A stretch of 63,562 nucleotides of DNA, counting the filler, from Octopus bimaculoides (lineage: Eukaryota), in NCBI RefSeq assembly GCF_001194135.2. It is 5 parts of 5 records of this genome, joined end to end, with 100 filler letters (N's around TTAATTAATTAA, not from the genome) between each part and the next. Parts side by side here need not be neighbours in the genome. Positions count along the whole stretch, not along the records: positions 1 to 30,619 come from NC_068989.1; 4 more parts are not named here. The stretch is one strand, 5' to 3'. This document shows, piece after piece, positions 1 to 9,689 of this stretch; the first letter of the stretch is position 1; each line of letters begins with the position of its first letter. A program made the translations under genes and the position numbers. Below the pieces are notes generated by a model that was not told the origin of the DNA, searched no databases, and was given only the letters and a program-made list of their open reading frames with translations.

Positions 1-65
1 ATGTAGGTATGTACATACATGTACGTATATATGCATATACTCACATATTATTTGTATTATTATAT
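1..65 (+). repeat. 3' end of an interspersed repeat, partial tandem copy of 725-783
   Basis: 1-59 matches 725-783 with one mismatch and is directly followed by the next unit. Confidence 0.8.
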
Positions 66-789
66 GATGGAACGCACGCGTCCTGTTTGCAAGTAAGTTT
101 TAACTTTATTTTCTGACGCGACTCTATCTATCTTTGTATCTTTCTCCCCCTCTCGTCCCTTCTGTTGGTGTTCGCCTCTCCCCTTCACTACTATTTCTCC
201 CTCTCTCATCCTCCCTGTCTCTCGTTGCTCACCTATGTTCAACGTCCTCCCGTTTTTTCTCTCTCTCTACCACTCTCTCTCCTTACCCCTCGCTGGTCAC
301 ATGTGACCGGCTACTGCTTCCTTTCTTCTCTTGGCCACTGCCAAGCTAGCACGAACTTTCTTCTCTCTCCAGTTCATCACATCACAGCGTTCAGTATACA
401 GATATTTTTTCATGTCTGGCCTAACAGCTCTTCTTGTTTATTTTCACTGTTTCATTCTCCTGTCATGTTTTTTGTTTGCCACTTAATTCCTCCGCATTAC
501 AAATCTAATTTAATTTAATTTGTTTCCGCGTGGAGAACTATTCTAACCATGCATCTTGCCCTAATTCTTCGAAACGCTTAGTTTAGAATAGGGACAGCTG
601 ATGAAGGAAATATTCTCTATGTGGCCTGTTTGTTTTCTGTGCTCTGTTTATGTTCTGTTTTACATTTTGTCCACGTTATTTTGTGACATCCTGTACCCAG
701 ATATGCATCTATATATACATGTAGATGTAGGTATGTACATACATGTACGTATATATGCATATACTCACATATTGTTTGTATTATATATA
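66..789 (+). mobile_element. Non-coding interspersed repeat carrying a permuted hammerhead motif; possibly Penelope pLTR or retrozyme-like
   Basis: ~310-789 is homologous to the reverse complement of 7438-7895. The partial-tandem arrangement with 1-65 and the HHR boxes at 551-610 support the call. Class assignment is inference. Confidence 0.5.
551..610 (+). ncRNA. Permuted-order hammerhead-like motif, partly decayed
   Basis: GCAU-C / UUGCCC / UAAU / UCUUC-GAA-ACGC / 13 nt / GGGACAG-CUGAUGA-A-GGAAA. Confidence 0.55.
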
Positions 790-1267
790 NNNNNNNNNNN
801 NNNNNNNNNNNNNNNNNNNNNNNNNNNNNNNNNNNNNNNNNNNNNNNNNNNNNNNNNNNNNNNNNNNNNNNNNNNNNNATATATATATATATATATATAT
901 ATAAAGATTTTCAATAGAACTGCACCATCGCTATGTGTCAAAATATCAATACAAGATGAGCCAATGCAAACCAAGCATGTATACATGATAGATATGTTAC
1001 GTATGAAAAATCACACTCCTAAGGATTGCTGTCATTTGAAGACGGAGATTTTAATCTATTCCCTCCTTATCTGCTGAAATGGTAAGCTCCCACCGGTTTG
1101 CTCATTGAAGATGAATACATTCCCGTTATTGCCCACTTACAATGTGTAATTATTTGAATTAAGATTTTCCTAATCAAACAGCAAGCCCACTCGGGTACAC
1201 ATATACACGTGCATTCACTCTCAAACACACATATATGCAAAATTGCATACATGCATACATGCATACA

Positions 1268-1299
<32 letters not shown>

Positions 1300-1898
1300 C
1301 ATGCGTACATATACATGCGTACATACGTATGTGTGTTTACAAATATATATGCATAAAAATATATGAAAATATATCTTAAAAGATATTCGTGTACCACACA
1401 GCGAGCAAACCTAAAATATATTTAAATTAGTTATGTTACAGTTTTAAGCTTTTCAGACTTTAATCAGATGTAAAAGAATCGTATTATTTATTCTTACACA
1501 GAAAGGTAAGGTAGCTTGCCTTGAAATACTATGATTGTTCTGAAAACTAACCCACTCACATACAAGGAAGTATCACGTGATGAATTATCTCACAGAACAA
1601 ACCACATCTATAAACACCCATACGCAATAACATGTATTCGACTCCCAATCCCACTCCTTGTCTTCTACATTATATCTCGAGATCACAAATCCGACTACTT
1701 TTTGGGTTAGACCATTACACACCAAAATGCTAGAAATCTCACATACATATACATTCATAGTGTAAAACTGTTCACTGATTAAAGAAAAGTACCCCTTTAT
1801 TCTTCTGTCCAAGATAGAAGAAGTAAACCCCTGAGGAATTTCAACCATGTTTCGTAGTCTGCTACCACAACAGCTCCTTTATAAGATTCAGTTAGCTC

Positions 1899-1961
1899 AA
1901 GACATCATCAGGATGAACCACGTCCAGTTTCGGCCCCTACTCTTCTACCGTTTTGACGTGG
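1899..1961 (-). ncRNA. Permuted-order hammerhead-like motif, second family
   Basis: Minus strand: CGGU-A / GAAGA / GUA / GGGGCC-GAA-ACUG / GACGUGGU / UCAUC-CUGAUGA-U-GUCUU. Confidence 0.5.
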
Positions 1962-4231
1962 AGTCCCCCCCCCTTTTCGGAAATGTCTTCAGCTCTGGTG
2001 TTGGGTGCATGTCTTCTTTCTTCTATTCCCTGGCCTCTTCGATGCAGCATCAACGAGTGTCAGCGTCCGACGCTGACACTCGTTAGCAACTAATCATTAT
2101 GCAAATTGGAATGAACTAGAACTTAGCCGTAATGTGTAGTCTTAATTGAATACCGTGACATGTAAAGATGTACAGAAATTGAATAACATGACATGTTAAG
2201 ATGTACAGAAGCACAACACAGTATATATTAGAAAACCTCAATTTTAAATCGTTAAATTACTGTTTTTAAAACATTGAAGCAAATGTCAATAGACATTCTT
2301 ATTCCTTTCACACACAAATAAATAAATCTCTAGATTAATAAATACCAAATAGCTCGAAATTATATGTATGAATGCATCACTCAGAATATCAACATGAATT
2401 TTGTACATAATTAAGATTTCAAAAATCAATATCAAATAGAATAGGAAAGGCAAAAGTCATTAAGAATAATTTATGGAACGAAAAGTCATTAATGAAGACA
2501 ATGATTTCGTAATGAAGCAAAGGCTTCCAAAATTAATAATTTGAAAAGTGAGGTTAGTTGCCTTGAACGGATTCTCATGACTCTTTACCATGAACAATTC
2601 TATAATTCATATTTGAATTGGGTGCTTGAATCATAACGAATCTTTCATTAGCTGATTGCACAAACTTAGAGACTACCTCTATAGACGTGTTGCAGTTACT
2701 ATCTTGATAGAGCTTGGGGATCCTGACCGCTGAACTTCTAGGAATCCTTTGCTCAGCATCAATGTAAGAAGCGCCGCTGGCTCAGTGGAGCTCTTTCTGC
2801 TGCCTCTTCACAATCCGCCATGCTGCAATCCCATGACGTTGCTGCATTCCTGACAAGATGGCTTCCCGAGTGTTATGCCTAGTCAAAGAGCAGTTCGTAC
2901 CTATGGAGGGCATTGTCGTCACTCCTTTGAAGTAATTTCAGAATAACCGCATACCCTCAGGTATTTTGAACATTTTAATAAATCTAATCAGTTCAATGTT
3001 TTAGCAAGATGACAGGCTCAATACTTTAAAAGTATTTTTAGAATTTTATGTGATGATGTGTTCAGAGTTTTTACTCAATGGGGGGAACTTGGTAAAAATA
3101 TTTAACGTACTTTATCCGTATACAAGTAACGGAGGTTTTCTATTCAAGCGATATTTTTTGTGTTGTTCCAACTTAGATCGAAAAGATTACTATTATTTTT
3201 AATTTATAAATATATTCAGAAAAGAAGGTGGAAATTTTTCTCTCCGGAATTTCAACAGGAATGATTAATGAAATAAAAATCGTCTTAAAATCATTATCCG
3301 TGAGTTCAATTTTGACTCTGTTAGCACTCAGTATATAAGCAATATATTTATATACAATGTTCTTAGGTAGACGGTTAGTAACTAAAAGGTGTGCACAGTA
3401 TCATTACAGTTACACCTGGATGTATATTTATTTAAGCTAGGATTAAATTTGGTCATATTAAAACATATACCCCATACTACATCTGGTGTGGCTGTTTACG
3501 ATAGATTTACCGTAAAAAAAGACAGCTTTCTATCGTGACCTCAATTAGACACACCTACTTTCGCAGTACTCATACACTTAACTGAACCCTAAACAATGCC
3601 AAACTTCCCACATCAAACCCCAAAAAATCTCCTCAAAAGCTTTCTGAGCAATTCACATTCTAAAAACACAATTTCCTTCTCTCCTTCCCTATTCTCCCTT
3701 CTTAAGCAACTATTTCCGCAATCTATCTAAACCGCACCTATTTATCATTTCGTATACCTGCTACCACATAAAAATCAACTTACTTAAGACAATAAAATGT
3801 CAAAAGAATGCAAGTAAAGGACAATCTAAAGAAAAAGAGCAANNNNNNNNNNTATATATATATATACATACATACATAATTACTACGAGGATATATATAA
3901 AAAAAACTCTTACGGGGATTGTTTCATCCAAGTTACACTGGTTTACTATACTATATTGTTGAGAAATATCTCTTCAATATAAAAATAGGTACGTTATAAA
4001 TATAAAATATTATTGATTAAGAAAACGGAGAGTTTCAATGGATACAAATTAATTTCTTAATTTATTAACATTTTAATAAGGCCTATGGTTGTTTCAAATC
4101 ATACTCAATACAAATTGCAAACATATAGAATAAAATAAGTTTGCATATCTTCTGGGCCAATCGAGATTACGACAACTATATTTTGATCAACTGAGATTCT
4201 CCAACAGACTATGTAGATGACAATATGCTTA

Positions 4232-4233
<2 letters not shown>

Positions 4234-4299
<66 letters not shown>
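4234..4299. repeat. (GT)n microsatellite
   Basis: Pure GT run. Confidence 0.95.
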
Positions 4300-4302
<3 letters not shown>

Positions 4303-4364
4303 AATTCTATGCTGGACCGCTGAAATCTAGAGGTTTTTTTTCATTCTCTCTCTTTATTTTCTTT

Positions 4365-4500
4365 TATTCCTTTCCATTGAAGAGCGTAGGCTCGAAGCGT
4401 AAAAGACTTTTTCATTTTTCCTGAGCGTCAAACTAATACACTTGCTTGTTGTTCATACACCTGTCTTCGTCTTTTGTTTTTCCATGAATTTCAACTATAT
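4365..4500 (+). mobile_element. Penelope-like terminal repeat fragment with decayed minimal hammerhead
   Basis: TTGAAGA-GCGTAGGCTC-GAAGCGTA resembles CUGAAGA...GAAACGUA, followed by a T-rich tail typical of pLTR ends. Confidence 0.4.
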
Positions 4501-4776
4501 AAAATATGAGATATAAAATATGAAAACACAAAATAAAATTAAAAGTAAAAAAATAAATAATAATAAAGTAATTCAGGAAAAAATTAAAATATACAGACAC
4601 AAATCAAAATAATAAAAATAAAAAGGAAAATACTAAAATAAATAAAATAGAAACAAAAAATAACATAAAATACATGTGGGTAAGATAAAAATGAAAATCA
4701 AAATAAGATAAAAAATAAAAAGAAATAAAATAAAAATAAAACCCTTATAAATATGAATGTACATTGTCTACATTAA

Positions 4777-4824
<48 letters not shown>

Positions 4825-5412
4825 CTTGTTAGTAAAAAGCTATCGAATCAAATCGGTTTATTCATATACGCCTGTGCGTATAATTATATGAAAATACAAG
4901 TCAAGCGTTATAGTCTTGTATTACTATGCTTATATTTATGTCTGTGTATGTTCAAGTACGTATACATTAAAAAGACTACAGAAAACGCTATATTACATAG
5001 ACATCAATATATTATATATCTGATGGTAAGACTATCAATGAAATATAAATTAGTATATTTATATATGCATGCGCGTATAATTATTTGTAAATAAAAGCCA
5101 TCGGTTATAATCTAGCATTATAATTTTTTCTTTATTTATGTGTGTGTGTGTGTGTACATGTGTTTATACATGATTACGTTGAATGCAAGAATGAAAGAAA
5201 TTTGGGTAATTTAAGAATTAAGGAAGCTATGCTCATACACAGACTAGGGCCCCAAATTAAAAATAGGCTGCAGGTTGGTAATTAATATATTATGTAGCTA
5301 CATCTGAATGCGTGTAGCTTCCTTTTTGACAACATGCTCATGTATTATTTATAACAAAAAAGGAAAAACAGAAGGGAAGAAAAGGAAACTGCACGTATAA
5401 CACATAACTTAG

Positions 5413-5990
5413 AAGCAGCGCTACGGATTTGCCAGCACACACGAGATTGAGACATGGCCGACCTCACGAACTTCTCATGGGGAATTCCGGAAGGAGCTTC
5501 ATGAGACCACTGCTGAGACGCTTCCGAAAACAAAAAGGAAAAGCCGTTGGAAAGCTGATTATAGCAGCGACTCCATCTTCTGCTGGATTGAAGCGTTCTC
5601 TCACTTATCCACCTATCATAGGAAAAGAAAAAGAGGGTTTAAAATATATATTTTCCGACTAGAGTTAGATTTCTGGTAGGATTCTGACTTGCGTTGTTCT
5701 GGAAAAGAATAATATCTTGCAGGAGCTCAAAACGTCTGAGCAGAACTTGTCTGGGACCACAATGGTGATTCTTCTCGAACTTCAACTGAAATACACATAC
5801 AGGATGCCAAAATTTAACTCTCCCCTAAATAGAATGGAGCAGCGAATCATGATGAAGAGTTATAGGCCCAGATATATTAACCATATGACTTTCCGACTTT
5901 CCGACGCAAGTAAAAACAAATTTAATGAGACAATAACGAGCAGACTTTAACGTGAAAAATAAAAGCTATAGAAGATTTCTCTCGACAGCT
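5413..5990 (+). mobile_element. Possible degraded LINE (RTE-like linker region)
   Basis: An 88-codon open frame without ATG includes FRKELHETTAETLPKTKRKSRW, reminiscent of the APE-RT linker. No catalytic motif is visible. Confidence 0.25.
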
Positions 5991-6259
5991 GGCTGTTGGA
6001 TATCAACATGAATTCGACGTCTTAAGACGGGGTCGATATGCTCACGCAAAATGTGCACAATAAAATATCTTGCACACGGCATTGATCTTCACAGAGCTTT
6101 TAGGCAAATGGTGCTTGCCAAAGGTAATTCGCAATAAGCTTGAATCCCATGGTTGAGCAACGAAAGTTTCAACCATGCAACTATACTTTGCTCGTATTTG
6201 TAACCCTTTCGCAAATACATGTTTACGAAGACAAAAAGTTTTGAACCATTAGTCAATAT

Positions 6260-6310
<51 letters not shown>

Positions 6311-7202
6311 NNNNNNNNNNNNNNNNNNNNNNNNNNNNNNNNNNNNNNNNNNNNNNNNNNNNNNNNNNNNNNNNNNNNNNNNNNNNNNNNNNNNNNNNNN
6401 NNNNNNNNNNNNNNNNNNNNNNNNNNNNNNNNNNNNNNNNNNNNNNNNNNNNNNNNNNNNNNNNNNNNNNNNNNNNNNNNNNNNNNNNNNNNNNNNNNNN
6501 NNNNNNNNNNNNNNNNNNNNNNNNNNNNNNNNNNNNNNNNNNNNNNNNNNNNNNNNNNNNNNNNNNNNNNNNNNNNNNNNNNNNNNNNNNNNNNNNNNNN
6601 NNNNNNNNNNNNNNNNNNNNNNNNNNNNNNNNNNNNNNNNNNNNNNNNNNNNNTATATATATATACTTCACACGATATTTGCGATATTTAAGAAGCCTCT
6701 TATCTGTTTTGTGATACTACAGTTAATGGCATTTCAATCAATCAATTACGAACGTACCTAGCACGGTTGTCATAATTCGAACCTTCTACATTAACTGTCA
6801 TAGTGTTGAATAATGATTTCTGGTGCATAGAACTAGACGTGATCTCGTCGTTGAACCCTTTTAGGAATTGTAGTTATTTCCTTCTATATAGTAGCATACC
6901 TTGATGGTAGGATCCTATTCGGAAGTCACAAGTATTTTTCATTCCACTCTATATTATGTATATGCATTATGAATGTAGTTTTATATAATTTACCGCTAAT
7001 CCAGCTGTGCAAGCCTAGGTTAGGTGATGTAACACACAAAAGTTGACTCACAGCTCGGTTTCAAGCAGTTATTACATGTCAAGGAATCCGTTTGAATGCA
7101 AATTCCGATTGTGGAGATTTTAGTATTTCATAGTTTCGGATCAAACACACACACACATAGAAGCATGTACATTTACATGCATATGTAATATATGCGTACA
7201 TT

Positions 7203-7234
<32 letters not shown>

Positions 7235-7437
7235 NNNNNNNNNNNNNNNNNNNNNNNNNNNNNNNNNNNNNNNNNNNNNNNNNNNNNNNNNNNNNNNNNN
7301 NNNNNNNNNNNNNNNNNNNNNNNNNNNNNNNNNNNNNNNNNNNNNNNNNNNNNNNNNNNNNNNNNNNNNNNNNNNNNNNNNNNNNNNNNNNNNNNNNNNN
7401 NNNNNNNNNNNNNNNNNNNNNNNNNNNNNNNNNNNNN

Positions 7438-7895
7438 TATATATAAACAATATATGAGTATATGCATATATATGTACATGTATGTACATACCTTCATCTA
7501 CATGTACACATAGATACATAACTGAGTACATGACGTGGCAAAAGAACATGGACAAAATGATAAACAGGGTACAACAAACAAGTAAGCCGGATAGAAACAT
7601 CTCCTTCATCAGCTGCCACCATTAAAACACCGGCGTTTCGAAGAATTAAGGCAGTACGCATCGTTGAAATGGTTCTTCCCACGAACACAAATTAAATCAT
7701 TTTCATGGAGGATAGTGGCGGACGGAAAACAAGACAGGAAAACGAAACGGTGAATAAACAAACAAACAAAAAGGCTGTACAGCCAGACGTGAAGTGTGTA
7801 TGTATTGAACGCTGTGAAACACGTACAGGAGGGGCAAAGAAGTACGTGCGAGCTTGGTGATTCCAAGAACGAAAAGAAATAGCAGCCGTTACATA
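7438..7895 (-). mobile_element. Diverged second copy of the 66-789 repeat family
   Basis: The reverse complement aligns by eye with ~310-789, including TTCTTCGAAACG...CAGCTGATGAAGGA and the ATGTAG...GTACATACATGTAC tail. Confidence 0.75.
7600..7659 (-). ncRNA. Permuted-order hammerhead-like motif with intact core and all three stems
   Basis: Minus strand: GCGU-A / CUGCC / UUAAU / UCUUC-GAA-ACGC / 15 nt / GGCAG-CUGAUGA-A-GGAGA. Confidence 0.65.
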
Positions 7896-8024
7896 AACAG
7901 AAATTATGTATTATGTAATATTGCATAATAATAAAACTAAACACCTTCATTTCGTCAGATGTCATGTGAAACCATCAGTTTTCTCATGGAAAATATCGTC
8001 TGATAACTTGACATCTTCATTCTT

Positions 8025-8049
8025 TATCTATCTATCTATCTATCTATCC

Positions 8050-8087
<38 letters not shown>

Positions 8088-8184
8088 TTATCTATCTGCC
8101 TGCCTACCTGCCTACCTGCCTGCCTGCCTGCCTGCCTACCTACCCACTTACCTACATACATACATACATACATACATACATACA

Positions 8185-8218
<34 letters not shown>

Positions 8219-8270
8219 CATACATACATACATTCATACATATATACATACATATATATAAACATACACA
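8025..8270. repeat. Compound (TCTA)/(TGCC)/(CATA) microsatellite
   Basis: Direct reading. Confidence 0.9.
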
Positions 8271-8653
8271 TGCATATAAAGTATCTCCAAGATGGTGAAT
8301 CCTGTGATCATTTCAAGCCAATAATATTACATATAAAAGTTACACAGCACATATAATTATCTGCAAACATATTTGTGTGTATGTATTTATTAATGCTTCA
8401 TATATTTAATATTGTTCTCGTGTCACCAGTAATGTCACAACACACTCCTAATAAGTTTAATTGTGGGGTATCATTTACAGCTCAAAATTTCCATTAGCCG
8501 GTTAACCCTGCAGGGAAGCAATTAAGTCACACTGTTCTCTGCCATTTTGCAGATTAATTTGTCTACGCCTACTAAGTCTGTCTAAAATGGATGTTTATAT
8601 TGCAATATTAAAATGCACTGACATCATCGTATTATTGTCTGAAATTAACTAGT

Positions 8654-8654
8654 T

Positions 8655-8692
<38 letters not shown>

Positions 8693-8776
8693 AAACAACA
8701 ACAACAACAACAACAACAACAATAATAATATTAATAATAATATTAATAATAATAATAGTGATAATAATAATAATAA
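8654..8776. repeat. (AAC)n/(AAT)n microsatellite immediately upstream of an RLE LINE fragment
   Basis: Direct reading. Confidence 0.9.
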
Positions 8777-8778
8777 AA

Positions 8779-9222
8779 CATATAATTAAAAGAAACATTA
8801 CAAGTAACTGCAGAAAATGTGGCGATGGATAAGAAACAATAAATCGTATTATCTCTGGCTGCCCAGTCCTGGCTAAGAAGGAATATATTCACAGACACGA
8901 CAGAGCTCGGACCTATATACACTGGAAGCTATGCCAACACTATGGAATAACAACAGAAAAAAGATGGTATAAACACACGCCAGAAAAGGTCACAGAAAAC
9001 GAGAAAGCAACCATACTCTGGGATATGCCAATACACACAGATAGAGAAATTAAGGCCAATAGACCAGATATAGTTGTCAAAGATCATGAAGGAAAAAATG
9101 CTTTCTAATTGATGTATCAATACCAGCAGATGACAACGTTTCCCGAAAAGAAATGGAGAAACTTTCAAAATACAAAGACCTGGAAATAGAGGTAACTCGA
9201 ATGTGGAATCTAAAATCAGAAA
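8779..9222 (+). mobile_element. R4/Dong-like RLE non-LTR retrotransposon 3' fragment A (CCHC knuckle and PD-D/ExK endonuclease), pseudogenised
   Basis: CRKCGDG*ETINRIISGC...RHD...HWKLC...ILWDMPIHTDREIKANRPDIVV...LIDVSIP...EKLSKYKDLEIEVTRMW, with frameshifts. Confidence 0.85.
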
Positions 9223-9676
9223 TTGGCTGATAGGTGGAAACAAAAATTTCTGCATGGCAAATATGTGGCTCATAGCAAACACGCAGATGTAGACCAGAAG
9301 CACACCCATCAGTGGCAACGGAGCCTAGGGCTAAAGGCAGTGAGTGAAGGCTTTATCTTGGCTGCCCAAGATCAGAGCTTCTTGACCTGGAACTATCAAG
9401 CTAATGTAATGAAAAATGGTGTAGACCTAAAGCGTCGATACTGCAATGATGGGATAGAAACAGTCGACCACCTAATCTCTGGATGTAAGGTTTCAGCACC
9501 AGTAGAGTCATGAGACTCTACAGGTACTGACTCTACAGGTACTGACTCTACAAGCGAGACATGACAGAGATGGCCACTATCTACACTGGATAACGTGTCG
9601 GCATTATAAAATAAAAACTGCTGACAAATGATACAAGCACCACTCTGAGGCTATAACTGAGAGTGAAAATGCAACT
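9223..9676 (+). mobile_element. R4/Dong-like RLE LINE fragment B (different subfamily)
   Basis: WKQKFLHGKY...EGFILAAQDQ...NYQANVMKNG...YCNDGIETVDHLISGC...RHD...LHWITC. Contains an internal 15-bp tandem duplication (GACTCTACAGGTACT) at ~9514-9553. Confidence 0.85.
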
Positions 9677-9689
9677 AATAATAATAATA

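Noticed and set aside
1024-1081. Possible short plus-strand exon (GLLSFEDGDFNLFPPYLLK) before GTAAG
   Set aside because: Weak acceptor, no recognisable family and no partner exons.
1585-1848. 87-aa minus-strand ORF
   Set aside because: No domain recognised; its length is compatible with chance.
1972-1997. CUGAAGA-CAUUUC-CGAAA on the minus strand
   Set aside because: No stem II, III or I can be drawn.
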